From Octopus bimaculoides (taxonomy: Eukaryota): a DNA stretch of 54,734 nt. The notes under the pieces were generated by a model, which saw nothing but the letters and a program-made list of their open reading frames with translations, did not search any database and was not told the DNA's origin. The position numbers and the translations under genes were made by a program. The stretch spans positions 93,118,854-93,173,587 of the forward strand of contig NC_068986.1 in the NCBI RefSeq assembly GCF_001194135.2. Direction: 5' to 3'. Of the stretch, positions 12,211-25,224 are shown one piece after another. The stretch's first letter is position 1, and each line of letters starts with the position of its first letter.

Positions 12211-13081
12211 AATATATATCTATATATGTATGTATGTGAAATATATATATATATATATGTATGTGTAGTATATATACATCAATACACCATTGTTAAATAT
12301 GTATGTATCGATGTCGGTATAAAACTTTGGCATTAACCCCAGTCTGTGTGGTCAGTAACTCTCATTTCTACAAGTAAGACTTTCATCTACAGAAACAATC
12401 ATGATGATGATGATGATGATCATTACTGTTCCTGTTATTATTGCTATTTGGTTCTGCATTGCAACATTATTTTCAAGAAACATATGCCAATGCCATAACA
12501 AGTTTACTTAAGCATGCATACAAACCCTAACTCAATCACTCACTCACTCTTATTAGTGTATTTAAACACAGTTGCACATCTGTTTGTTTATCTGTTTATC
12601 CATGAATCTATCTATCAGTTTGTTTGTTTGCGTCTGTCTCTCCATCTGTGTGTGTCTGTCTGTTTGTCTATCTGTCTCACTCTGACTATTCACTTTCTAT
12701 GTCTCACTGTCTCTCATTCCCTCTCTCTCTCTGTGTAGAGATATATATCATATCATATCATATCATTTAATGTCTTTTTTGATAATGATGAAGATGAGAG
12801 ACTGAGAGAGAGAGAGACTGAGAGAGAGAGACTGAGAGAGAGAGAGAGAGGAAGGAAGTGAGAGAGATGCAGGTACGGCAGATATTGAGAGTAAGCCTGT
12901 TAAGCAGCATACTTTCCAACTATGTGGTATTGGGTTCCGTTTTACAGCACATCACCTTGGGCGAGTGTCTTCTAATTAACCCCAGGCTGACCAAAACCTT
13001 GTGAATGCATTTGTTGAGTCAGGATTCCTTTAGTCTCCTGTCTACCAAATCCATACACATATGTGCACACACACACTCTCT

Positions 13082-13302
13082 CTTTTACTCATTTACTTGT
13101 TTCAGTCATTTGACTGCGGCCATACTGGAGCACCGCCTTTAGTCGAGCAAATCGACCCCAGGACTTATTCTTTGTAAGCCTAGTACTTACTCTATCGGAC
13201 TCTTTTTGCCGAACCACTAAGTTACGGGGATGTAAGCACACCAGCATCAGTTGTCAAGCGAAGTTGGGGGGGACAAACACAGACACACAAACATATACAC
13301 AC

Positions 13303-13350
<48 letters not shown>

Positions 13351-13459
13351 CGGGCTTCTTTCAGTTTTGGTCTACCAAATCCACTCACAAGGCTTTGGTT
13401 GGCCCGAGGCTATAGTAGAAGACACTTGCCCAATGTGCCACGCAGTGGGACTGAACCCA
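13082..13459 (-). mobile_element. SINE family A, head slightly truncated
   Basis: Colinear with 1539-1999. Confidence 0.9.
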
Positions 13460-13604
13460 TTTTTATTAATATTTAGCAAAAGCAACAAAGTGACCCAAGG
13501 GTCAAGAGTTTTGTGCATTTGAGTTACTTTGTTGCTTCTACTGAATCACTGTATAGAACAGATTCATTAATATTATTGTTATCATTATTATCAGTATTAT
13601 TATC

Positions 13605-13795
13605 ATGCTGGGCAAAATGCCTAGCGGTATTTCGTCTGCCGCTAGAGTCTGAGTTCAAAATCCACCAAGGTTGACTTTGCCTTTCATCCTTTTGGGGTCA
13701 ATAAATGAAGTACCAGTGGAACACTGGGGTCGATGTATTGACTATTCCCCTCCCCAAATCCTGACCTTGTGCCTATAGTAGAAAGGATTATTCTT
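13605..13795 (+). mobile_element. SINE family D (tRNA-like head, central GACTTTGCCTTTCATCCTTT..GGGTC domain)
   Basis: Has the B box GAGTTCAAAATCC and the tail CTTGTGCCTATAGTAGAAAGGATTATT. Homologous to the 32540-33450 copies. The central domain resembles the MetaSINE domain as I recall it, which is unverified. Confidence 0.8.
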
Positions 13796-13819
13796 ATCAT
13801 TTTCCAATATATATATATA

Positions 13820-13883
<64 letters not shown>

Positions 13884-14947
13884 TGTATATATGTGTATAT
13901 ATGTGTGTGTATATATATATATGTGTGTGTGTGTGTGTAAATATATATATATATATATAGATAGATAGATATCTACACACATACATATACTTGTGTTTTG
14001 AGGTGTGTGTGTTTGTATAAATATATGTGTATCTTTCTCTCTCTATAAATACACATACACACATACACAATTGCATATGTACGCTTAAATCTACGAATGT
14101 CAGTGTGTGTATATATCGATGTGTGTTCGTGTGTATGTGCGTGCGTATTCATGGAGATATATATTATATTATAATCAACGTATCAATGTCCTTGATATTA
14201 TATCGTTTAATAATTGCTGTAGTCTTGAGCTAAATTAGAGCTGTCAATATCTATAAATGATTGTTTGGTAATTTATGGAACATATGTCATTGTTTTGCTG
14301 TGCGTTGGGGAGGGAATTCCCTAATGTAGACCATTATAGTCTGGCAATTATGTTTTCTAAACTCAAGGTGAATTTTGTGGAAGCGGGTATGTCCAGAAAA
14401 TATTATTTGACCTCTGCTTAGTTACCTAATCATTCTGGTCACTTTAACTCATTGTTTTATCATAGGCAAGGCTAGACACCCTCCCCCCCCTATGAGTATA
14501 TGGTGGTGGTCTCTGTTGATAGGAAATGGGGACAGGTTGTCATGTTTAATATTATCATGTTGGTTTCAAATTGTTTAAAGTTGTTCAATATTTTGGAGAA
14601 TAATGAAGAATTATATGTACACAAATTCTTATTTTGTCTTTTCATTAATATAGAAGGCCAAGAAAATTTTAATAATAGGTGTAGGCATGGCCATGTGGTA
14701 ATAAGCTTGTTTTCCACTCACTTGGTTTTAAATTCAATCCCACTATGTGGCACCTTGGGCAAGTAGCTTCTATAACTCTAGGCTGACCAAAACCTTGTGA
14801 GTGAAATTGGCAGATGAAAACTGAAAGTAGCATGTCATATGTGTGTGTGTGTGTGTGTATACTAGCAAACATATTTAACATGTTCATATACACTAAAATG
14901 CGAAATAACCTTCATTGCAGCAACTGCTTCTGAATTATGTCATTGGA

Positions 14948-14990
14948 CTGTAGGATGTGTTTCTGCGTCATTATGCCTCATCAGCTACAA
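14948..14990 (-). ncRNA. Decayed minimal type-I hammerhead ribozyme (Penelope-type)
   Basis: Minus strand: TTGTAG-CTGATGA-GGCAT aatg ACGCA-GAAA-CACATC-CTACAG. Stem I (TGTAG/CTACA) is intact and the core is intact. Stems II and III are restored by reversing CpG transitions plus one C>A change. Confidence 0.7.
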
Positions 14991-15594
14991 ATTAACAAAT
15001 TTATTACTCCTAGACTACTAAAATCTGTGCAACCAATACAGAAACAGAAATAATAATAATAAATTTGTTGGAATTTCAGCATAACAGTTCTCGAAGCAAT
15101 GTGTATTATGTGCTCTCCACCCACACCCTACATTTTTTCACACCTCCACCAATGAACCAAACCATGTTACATCATGCACCACGCTTGTCTACCTCCACCT
15201 ACTTCTGTTGTCCAACACTGCTTTGTCATCTCTCTCTCTCTCCTGTACTCCACTTATCAACTAATTAATTGCTGTTCCCATGTATACTTATGTTCACCAC
15301 TCATTGTATTCCCTTTCTCTTCCCCTCTCACCCGCTCCCCATTTGCACTCTTGTGGACACCATGCTCACTCAGCCTGTCCCATCCTCTGTACCATTCCAC
15401 TTACATTCACCTCTTTGTATCTTGAGGGTACACCCTGGTACATCATCAACTTTCTCTGTCTCTCTCTGGCTGGTGTGGCCATGTATCTCCTCTTCAGCAA
15501 GACACTTGTTTCTGTTTCCCTATCATAGTTTAACCTCTCACCACCTGACTCACTCCCCTTCTCATTTGAGGGGTCTTTGTCTTGCAAGTTACTC

Positions 15595-15797
15595 AGTGAC
15601 CTTACTGATGTTGGTATCACATAAAAAGCACCCAGTGCACTTTATATAGTGCTTGGCATTACAAAGGGCATCCAGCTACAGAAACCAATCCGAAACAGAT
15701 GGTTGAGCTCTGAGCAGTCTTTTGCCTAGCCAGCCCCTGTCAAACCATCCAACCCCTGCCAGCATGGAAAACGAATGTGAAATGATAATGATGATGA
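15595..15797 (+). mobile_element. Family C-related retroposon 3' end (diverged)
   Basis: AAAGGGCATCCAGCTACAGAAACC...CCAGCATGGAAAACG followed by a (GAT)n-like tail. Confidence 0.75.
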
Positions 15798-15839
15798 AAT
15801 GAAAAGCATTGTGAAGCTGGAATTTATTAATTAAGGACC

Positions 15840-15873
<34 letters not shown>

Positions 15874-16372
15874 CACGCACGCACATGCGTATGCATGTTT
15901 ATATGTGTATATATATAAATCTTTATTCGTATACTCTTGTATGCTTGTATATTTGCACATACATACATACATACGTGTGTATATAGACACAAAAACATAC
16001 ATATGCACACATATTTATACACATGCACACACACACACTAGTCTAGTGTGTCAAAATTATACAACAGTAGTAGAACTATAAAACTTTTATTGTCGTAACG
16101 AGTCAGCAATTTCTGGTAGACTCAGCTAGTTATTGTTCATAAAGCTAAGAGTTATCTGTTTTTGATTGTCTTCCAGATATGGCCATCTCTCTGACATTTA
16201 TGAGATAGTATCGATTTAGTGAATGTTAAGAATTCGCTCACAGCTGTTATGCTTTTCAAAAATCAATGATTTATGGTGCCTTCATGTTTCTTGTTTCAAA
16301 TCAACATCAATGTTGTTATTGTTGTTTAAGTGTATATTATATTAATCTTAGCTGTACATATATTTATTTTTC

Positions 16373-16410
<38 letters not shown>

Positions 16411-17269
16411 NNNNNNNNNNNNNNNNNNNNNNNNNNNNNNNNNNNNNNNNNNNNNNNNNNNNNNNNNNNNNNNNNNNNNNNNNNNNNNNNNNNNNNNNNN
16501 NNNNNNNNNNNNNNNNNNNNNNNNNNNNNNNNNNNNNNNNNNNNNNNNNNNNNNNNNNNNNNNNNNNNNNNNNNNNNNNNNNNNNNNNNNNNNNNNNNNN
16601 NNNNNNNNNNNNNNNNNNNNNNNNNNNNNNNNNNNNNNNNNNNNNNNNNNNNNNNNNNNNNNNNNNNNNNNNNNNNNNNNNNNNNNNNNNNNNNNNNNNN
16701 NNNNNNNNNNNNNNNNNNNNNNNNNNNNNNNNNNNNNNNNNNNNNNNNNNNNNNNNNNNNNNNNNNNNNNNNNNNNNNNNNNNNNNNNNNNNNNNNNNNN
16801 NNNNNNNNNNNNNNNNNNNNNNNNNNNNNNNNNNNNNNNNNNNNNNNNNNNNNNNNNNNNNNNNNNNNNNNNNNNNNNNNNNNNNNNNNNNNNNNNNNNN
16901 NNNNNNNNNNNNNNNNNNNNNNNNNNNNNNNNNNNNNNNNNNNNNNNNNNNNNNNNNNNNNNNNNNNNNNNNNNNNNNNNNNNNNNNNNNNNNNNNNNNN
17001 NNNNNNNNNNNNNNNNNNNNNNNNNNNNNNNNNNNNNNNNNNNNNNNNNNNNNNNNNNNNNNNNNNNNNNNNNNNNNNNNNNNNNNNNNNNNNNNNNNNN
17101 NNNNNNNNNNNNNNNNNNNNNNNNNNNNNNNNNNNNNNNNNNNNNNNNNNNNNNNNNNNNNNNNNNNNNNNNNNNNNNNNNNNNNNNNNNNNNNNNNNNN
17201 NNNNNNNNNNNNNNNNNNNNNNNNNNNNNNNNNNNNNNNNNNNNNNNNNNNNNNNNNNNNNNNNNNNNN

Positions 17270-17481
17270 CAGTAAATCAAAATTCCATAAATATTTAATA
17301 TTCCGTTTTATTTATTCATTTGGAAAAATTGTGTCACTCAAGAAGGACTTCAGTTTCAACAATTTTTATGATGTTTCATATTTAGATGCTTTTATTAGAT
17401 CCATTTAGTTTTTAAACATAAATAAATCTTGGAATTAAATGGTTTTGATTTAGTGTCAGGTGACTTTTGACCAACCCTGTA
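17270..17481. mobile_element. Tc1/mariner-like terminal fragment (other end in N-gap)
   Basis: Ends GGTGACTTTTGACCAACCCTG+TA. The reverse complement TA-CAGGGTTGGTCAAAAGTCACC is a typical Tc1-type TIR start. Confidence 0.55.
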
Positions 17482-18359
17482 TATATGTGTCTTTAACGGA
17501 GAGGGTGGGAGAGAAATAAGATAGATAGGTATAGTTATGTAGGCATAGACAAGGCAATAGTTAGAGATCTGACTTTCTCATTGACAAGTTCTCTTTAGAA
17601 CCATATGCTCAGGGGTTCAATCCCACTGCGTGGATTTTATCAGTTGGTGACTCCTATTATAGCTATGGGTTAGCCACTACCTTGTGAGTGAAATTGCTGC
17701 ACAGAAATTGAAGAAGCTTATTGCACATGTTAATATATGTATATATGTATGTATGCATGTCTATGTGTGTGTACACATCTGAGTGAGTTTTGTACTTTCC
17801 TTGCCTTGACATGTTTGTGTGCTGATGCAAACAAAGGCATTACTATTTATACAGATGGTGTCCTTTGTTTTCAGTCAACCATGAAAGCATGTCCTGGTAT
17901 TCTTACATGTCATAGCATGTTATTCTGATTGTAAACAAAACTCCTCACTTTTCTCACAAACAGTGTGAGCTGGTGGCTTTTTTTTTTCTGTTTTTGACTA
18001 TTAATTTGCTTGGAAGCCAATAAAATTTGGTTTCAGAAAGGATATCTGGCCATGCATAGAAAACACTGCCTTAGTGCAAACTTGTCTGGTCCAAGCATGC
18101 ATAGAAAAATAAATGCTAAAATGAAATGATACAAGCATATGTGCTTATATGCATGCTTTCACACACGTACATACATACACACATACATTAATATGTATAT
18201 AACAATTATAGTCTACACACAGGGTAGCATCAGTCAGAAAAACTGGAATAAGTTTTAAGTATTAGACAGCCTTTAGCTGTAATAGTAAATTATAAGAATA
18301 TAATTATGTTTGTCTCCACTATAGTAATAGCTTAATTTCTTACGACTGCTTTATAGAAT

Positions 18360-19480
18360 ACTAGCAGAAATACCCGGCTTTGCCCGGGTTAAAGAGAATA
18401 ATGAAATCTAAAAACGCCGTCTAGACTACGCAACCCTCAACTGTTAGTAGCTACGATACCATATTTCTACATTAATAACTCTCCAATCCATGCCAGCATG
18501 GAACATAGACATTAAGTGGAATGCCAGTCTCTCATCTAGGAGGGCCTTGAAATCAATGTTACCAACTGGGGACTATGTNNNNNNNNNNNNNNNNNNNNNN
18601 NNNNNNNNNNNNNNNNNNNNNNNNNNNNNNNNNNNNNNNNNNNNNNNNNNNNNNNNNNNNNNNNNNNNNNNNNNNNNNNNNNNNNNNNNNNNNNNNNNNN
18701 NNNNNNNNNNNNNNNNNNNNNNNNNNNNNNNNNNNNNNNNNNNNNNNNNNNNNNNNNNNNNNNNNNNNNNNNNNNNNNNNNNNNNNNNNNNNNNNNNNNN
18801 NNNNNNNNNNNNNNNNNNNNNNNNNNNNNNNNNNNNNNNNNNNNNNNNNNNNNNNNNNNNNNNNNNNNNNNNNNNNNNNNNNNNNNNNNNNNNNNNNNNN
18901 NNNNNNNNNNNNNNNNNNNNNNNNNNNNNNNNNNNNNNNNNNNNNNNNNNNNNNNNNNNNNNNNNNNNNNNNNNNNNNNNNNNNNNNNNNNNNNNNNNNN
19001 NNNNNNNNNNNNNNNNNNNNNNNNNNNNNNNNNNNNNNNNNNNNNNNNNNNNNNNNNNNNNNNNNNNNNNNNNNNNNNNNNNNNNNNNNNNNNNNNNNNN
19101 NNNNNNNNNNNNNNNNNNNNNNNNNNNNNNNNNNNNNNNNNNNNNNNNNNNNNNNNNNNNNNNNNNNNNNNNNNNNNNNNNNNNNNNNTCTCTCTTTCTC
19201 TCTCTCTCTGAAAGTATCTGTCATTACAGTATCGAAATGTGATTGTTTCAGTTAGTAGAATAGTTTCATTTTTAAAGTGAAAGTATTTGACATGAGTGTT
19301 TTTGTTTCACTTTTGACACGTAATACTTAAATAGTGGAGGAGATATTATGTTGCTGTGGGCTCGAACTCTGGAAGAAGTTAAAATTTTTTTTTGACTAAA
19401 ACACAACTGGAACCCTAAGTAAGGCATCTGTAAAATTTGAATGAAATTGGTTGCGTAGTTCTCGAGTTTTAGGGATTCAC

Positions 19481-19515
<35 letters not shown>

Positions 19516-19541
19516 CACATTCTCATTTTTATATATATAGA
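18360..19541 (+). mobile_element. Non-autonomous Helentron/HINE(DINE-1)-like element spanning an N-gap
   Basis: Starts ACTAGCAGAAATACCCGGCTTTGCCCGGG (subterminal palindrome) and ends with AAATTGGTTGCGTAGTTCTCGAG-(ACAG)n-...ATATATATAG-ATT, the layout typical of HINE-type elements. Continuity across the gap is assumed. Confidence 0.6.
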
Positions 19542-21316
19542 TTCTGTGGTTACTGATTGAGAAAGAGATTAAGCATAATTTCTCTGAAATCTAGTCCGCA
19601 AATCATGAAATGATTCATCATGTGACTCTCCTCCTCTTCGAAAGTAAGTCAGTGAACTTGGAGCTTGGTACCTGGAAAGGTAAGTTCATGCTGCTAGTGG
19701 GCATGTGACAAATGGACTGATTAAGTTGCTTGAAATCTGGTTCAGTGCAGACCTCAAGGTGGATAGGAACTAGGATGAAGTTATAAGCTATGTAACCAGT
19801 CTCACCCAGAAATAAAATAGAAACTACCTCCAGTAGCTCAACTAGAGGAGGTAAATGCATACATCATCCCAATTATTTATTATTGCCCAGGAAGAGCAAG
19901 GTTTCCTGTTTTGTAGCTGTGGTGGAGATTGTATGGTGGATGAAATTGAAAGAACTAGGGATGGGCACTTCTTAGCTGTGGTTGTTGTATCTTCCCCAAT
20001 TTGCACCTGATTAGATGGCCTGCTCTTTCATTTCTTGTAGCAAGGACACAGTTCTGTAGTCAGGTGGTCCATCTTCTGTGCCCATCCTTTGTTCAGAGGA
20101 TTAGTTTTTTAATTACTAATGATGCAATGACATGCTAAGACTGCACTCTCTGCAGCGAATCTTGGAAGGTGAGTAGATGTGACCATCCTTTGTCAGGCAT
20201 GTCTTCCTATAGTTTGTCTCCAATGCAACTGTTGTCCGAGATTGGGCCAAACCCAAGACTAAGTACCTGGCATCTGGTATGTTGTCAGGCACTCATAACT
20301 CTTTACCGATTGGTAGAACTTCCATATTAGCATTCTATAAGGACTGGTGTGGAAAAGCAGCAACATTCTTGGGGAAACACTATGGGAAGCCAAGAATCAA
20401 CTGGTGATCTGTTAAGGTAGAGGACTTTTGACCCAAGGATTATGAAGAATTTCCAATAATTACTGGCCTGGCATTATTATTGAGGAACATTGCTAGTTTA
20501 AGATGAGCTCTACAAACATGGAAGTGATGTTAGATGGATCTGTGTAGAATGATGAAACAGTTCAGTGTCTGGACATTGCTGATTTGTGCAGTTATGTTGA
20601 ATGGATTTTGTTTGATGTGGAATATAAATCTGGCTATTGCTAATTCCCTCATGAAGATCATCTGAATCTGTCCTTTGACCATGAAAGGTAGGCCTTTCTA
20701 CTGTGCCTGGTGACTATGGTAAAACAGATTGTATAGGAGATGTGACTGAAAAGACTCATGTCAGATACTTTCTTTTTTGGTGCTTTATTACCAACAATTG
20801 TCCAAGAAGGCCAAGCAGTTTCCCACTGGCCATGGTAAATGAGATTTATAGTGGACGAAATGGAAAAAAAAACTGAAGATAATTACTTTCCTCTTTGTTC
20901 AGACCCTCTTCAGCTTGTTTGACTTTCAATTCTGTAGATAAGTGAGGACAATGTGAAATGCAGTCATGCAGTAAATTTATTTGAAAGAAGAGTAAGAATA
21001 CGTTGAGATTGACTTGAAGCTAAACAACAGTTAGAGATATTTTACTAAACCACTTGAAATTGTTGATTATATTGACAATTAATTGAGCCTTCTCATTAGA
21101 AATATAGTCACACAAGGGTTTAAAACTCGCCAACTAATCAGTTAAGGATCTCAATATCTTTACATTCCACTCTGTTAATTTTGACTTTACATGCTAGGCA
21201 TGACAAAATACTGCTCGGTAAACAGTTAAAAATGACAAGTTTTGTATGAGCATTAAGTGTTAAATCAACCTTAATTTTTTTTTTTATTAGATTGTTTTAG
21301 AGTCTAGAATTTAGAG

Positions 21317-21780
21317 CAATGATTCCCAATCTTTTCTATGCCCTGCTCCCCTAGGAAATGTTTGATTAATTTTTAAACCCTATACAAATTTAATATTACA
21401 TTTTGAAGAAGAAAAGTCAATTTTCTAACAACTAATTTATTTTTTCAAATGAAGCCTCATCCAATTCTCTGTGTGATCAACAAATTGAATTCATAAAACA
21501 AGCTTTTGCTTCAATGCATAAAATGCAAATGTAGTGTGAGTAATTAGGAAAGAAAATGCAAGCAGTGACATCAATCACAATTGCGAACATGAAATTCAGT
21601 GACTTCTTTGTTCTTACTTCTTAAACACGACCTTTTCAAAACCTGGAACTTTCTTCTGCTTGCCATCTGCAGCTCTGCCTGTGGATCCAGGCAATTCATA
21701 GATTTTCTTTTGATTGACAAAAAGAACAGCAGTTAGTCATTGCAAATGGAATATGGACACTGTTCTTAGTCATAATCTCA
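21317..21780 (-). mobile_element. hAT (Charlie/Buster-type) transposon 3' fragment
   Basis: The minus strand reads IPFAMT...LSIKRKSMNCLDPQAELQMASRRKVPGFEKVVFKK*EQRSH*, the Charlie-type C-terminus. The terminus CAATGATTCCCAATCTTTT is preceded by ATTTAGAG, resembling the CAGTGGTTCCCAACCTTTT TIR and NTCTAGAN target. Confidence 0.8.
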
Positions 21781-23800
21781 TGAGGGTTAAATCTACGTAC
21801 ATATAATGGTTTCTGAATTAGAGAGATGGGGGTTAGTCAATACCTTTGACCCTGGTGAAGGTCAAGTCAGGTATGGGAAGATGCACCAATGTTGCATCCA
21901 CCGTTTGTTAGTATTTGCTTGGATCATTAGGGCAGACCTGAGCAGTGTCCCAACCAGTCTCCACATCTGTGAGATACTTCCTCATCTACCATGACCATGT
22001 GGCATGTGACCACCCAAAACAAGCTATCACTCCAGCTGGGTCCTCCAAGAAGAAAACACAATACACAGGATCCATCTCAGAAAAACCAAGCAACATGACT
22101 AAACAGTCTGAGCTGATGTTCTTGAATCATACAAGTAACAAGACATATCCCAGTTTCTGAGAATAGTCATTGGTTGGACTTGGATGTACTGATCACTAGA
22201 CAAGGGTGTTTGGTGCTGTTGATATCTTAGCAGGAGGACAAAGGTTTGAGTCTTCAAGTCTCTGGTTATCCCTGTCTTTGCTCTAGAGTTGCTAGACTTG
22301 GACATTGTCTGGGGCTCTTAGGAGCTGTCTGAACTCCTTTGATACCACAATGCTTCATAGGATTATGGGTTACCATTAAGCCAGATTTCCAGTTCTGGAC
22401 AGATACTTTATATTTCATCCCTCCAGGAGTGGATAAAATAAAGTTGACCTTAGCAGGATGTAGATTCAGAAATGAAAGAGCCAGGGGAAAAACCACAAGG
22501 TATTTTTCTGATGGTCTGGTGAGTCTGTCAGCTCACCGCCTACTACGTATGTATAATAAGATTCTAGATGTCTTACTTGAAAATTGTTATTTTTAGGAGT
22601 TAGCTAATAAATAATTTTAATCTGAAAAGCAATTTTAATAAAGCAGAAAAACTTTCCTTCTGAAATGCCATGTAGCATCTCAAGCTGGAAACCCCTGTTA
22701 TACTGGAAGGTGCTGTGCCCACAGGCCCTCAAAGACAAGTAAGATTGAGAGATTTTGTTATGTCACAGTCAATATATGTTGTCATTTTGTACTTTGAGTT
22801 AATGAGCTGTTGCTCATCTAACTGTTTGGTTTGTATGGACAACTTAGGATGGTGTATATTGCAATGTTCTGTCATCTGAGAGGATGCTTGGCTCTTATGT
22901 TTTCAGTGACACGGGGACTGGTGTTTTGTGTAGATGCATGGAAGTTAGCCCATCCATTAAATTTGGTTAGATCGAAGAGATACAAGTTGACCTTCTCACC
23001 TTGATTAAACTGTAGCTAGGAACATAGAAGGCAAAGCAAATGCACACATTTACAACAATACACCNNNNNNNNNNNNNNNNNNNNNNNNNNNNNNNNNNNN
23101 NNNNNNNNNNNNNNNNNNNNNNNNNNNNNNNNNNNNNNNNNNNNNNNNNNNNNNNNNNNNNNNNNNNNNNNNNNNNNNNGTAGCTAGGAACATAGAAGGC
23201 AAAGCAAATGCACACATTTACAACAATACACCCCCCACACACACACTCATATATACTCTCAGATGTGTACATATGCATACATGCTCATATACACACATAA
23301 ATATATGACACACACATACGTACACATACACACACTTATACACTCACAATGGATTGTATATGAGAGATGCAATATGTACTATTGTGCAGTAATGGTGCAG
23401 CACACTTTAATGCTGTAAACAGTCTGTTATGGTTGTCAAACTGTGGTCACAGTGACTTGTCTAATCATAGAGAAGAGGGAGGTGTAACCTGCTGGTCATT
23501 GGCCATCGGTGTTTCATAGCAATATTGATTGAAGCTGTTTGTTTAATTTTGTCTCTGCAGTCAACCCCAAAGACGTTCGCTGTTCTGTCTGTCTGTATCT
23601 CTGCTTGTCAGTTTGTCCATTTTTCTTTTTATTTGTTTCATTTAAAAGCAATTTTTTTCCCCCTTGTTTGTCATTTTGATATTTTGTCTGTTTGCCTAGT
23701 CTGATTCCATCAGTTCATCTCAATTCAGCCTTAGAAGTAATAATTATACTGTCATAACGCTAATCTGTCATCATCTGATGTTGTGTTGAGTTATTTTCAT

Positions 23801-23890
23801 TTTTCTATGATTTCTTTCACTTTTTTTCTATGATTTCTTTCACTTTTTTTGTATGATTTCTTTCACTTTTTTTGTATGATTTCTTTCACT
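23801..23890. repeat. 23-bp minisatellite, ~4 copies
   Basis: TATGATTTCTTTCACTTTTTTT(C/G) starts at 23806, 23829, 23852 and 23875. Confidence 0.95.
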
Positions 23891-24267
23891 TCATCATCAT
23901 CATTATCTTTGTCATGGTTATCGATGTTTTCATCATAATCATTCCCTTTGTTATCAATATTATTACCTGCCCCTCTCTTCTTCTTCGATGTCATCTTTAT
24001 CAGCACCATTATCAATAACTCAGTATTAGTGTAATTAATACAGGGAGCCATTAAAAACCAAATTAGAAATAGATGAGGTAAAGAGGAAAAATTTTAAATA
24101 TTAGTCATTGACAGACATTACTATCATTTTCTCCAACAAGTATGGAAAAACAACTCTGAACCTGTTTCAGTCTTACTCTGACCTCATTAGCAAAGCATAC
24201 ACTTCACTGTATTATGTATGCCAAAGGTAGAAGATTGTGCGTAGGACGGTATACTACAACAACAACA

Positions 24268-24301
<34 letters not shown>

Positions 24302-24568
24302 GCACCGCCACCACCACAATTGTTTAGATACTTAGTGATAAGGCTTGTTCACTAAGTTATGTGTTCTATAATACTTAAACAGGTTGACTTGTTCAAGTCT
24401 CTCTAGATGGAGCTAGTAGTTAAGACAAGTACTCTTAAGAGATGTTCTTGCAATACTGTAGTTTCAAGGACTTGGCTTCATTCTAAGGTTGCCAAGACCT
24501 CCACAAGATATTTCTGTGACCTTCCAGATGAGACGGATTTGGTTGATGCTCTGCTTAAACATCTTTAA

Positions 24569-24776
24569 TCCTTTAGCATTTAGATTATGCTTGTCAAATG
24601 CAATACTTATTTGATCACATTGTTTTGAAATGATCACACTTTGAGATTTTGATGTTGTGATTGTTTATTTTTATAATGATATTGTAGGATAAGTGTGAGA
24701 GGCTGAATCTGGCTAGTTTAAACATAAGACAGGTAGAATATTTGGGCTTGGTGTGGCCAGTTTAAATGCTAAAGGG
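24569..24776. mobile_element. piggyBac-like MITE
   Basis: Perfect 13-bp TIR CCTTTAGCATTTA (24570-24582) / TAAATGCTAAAGG (24763-24775), with TTAA immediately left and TTTTAA right. Confidence 0.75.
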
Positions 24777-25224
24777 TTTTAAGTCAATATTTCCTGGAAG
24801 AACATGGATACTAGGTTGGATGTGGGGTTGGAATGGAAAAGAATCTGATCTGGACAAAACATTTGAGAGTGAGCTCCACTAACGGCATATGAGGACCAAA
24901 GGGTTTGATGATTTGCCCTGGAATTTTAAGGAGTATCTTTTATCGTTTGTTTGTTTCAGTCTTTGGATGGTAGCTATACTGGAGCTTCACCTGGAAGGGT
25001 TTAGTTGAATATATCAACCCCTCTACTTATTTTTTTAAGTTTCTTACCTACTGATCTTTTTTTACTGAACTCCTAACTTACAAGGATGTGAACAAACCAA
25101 AAACTGGTTGTCAGCACAACACAAACACAGTGACACTCACACACACATATTTATGTATGAAAGGCTTCCACACAGTTTCTGTCTCCCAAATTCACGTATT
25201 CATTGCCAGAGCAGCTGTCTAGCT

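Noticed and set aside
16267-16276. TGATTTATGG Pbx/Hox composite site
   Set aside because: A single 10-mer in AT-rich DNA is not distinguishable from chance without conservation data.
19600-20760. Complex non-repetitive-looking block with strong splice-like sites (AAG/GTAAGT at 19679, and a 13-nt CAG...AAG/GTGAGT micro-exon at 20156-20168) and a faint LGKH.GK..N..GDLL similarity to RTE endonuclease
   Set aside because: All frames are interrupted by stops and the micro-exon is not a multiple of 3. It is probably a very old LINE, but the match is too weak to call.
20942-20995. Plus-strand 54-nt candidate exon ISEDNVKCSHAVNLFERR
   Set aside because: It is short, unrecognisable and supported only by generic AG/GT sites.
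24141-24226. Plus-strand candidate exon YGKTTLNLFQSYSDLISKAYTSLYYVCQ
   Set aside because: The splice sites are weak (donor GTAGAA), there is no recognisable homology, and an open stretch of this length is expected by chance.
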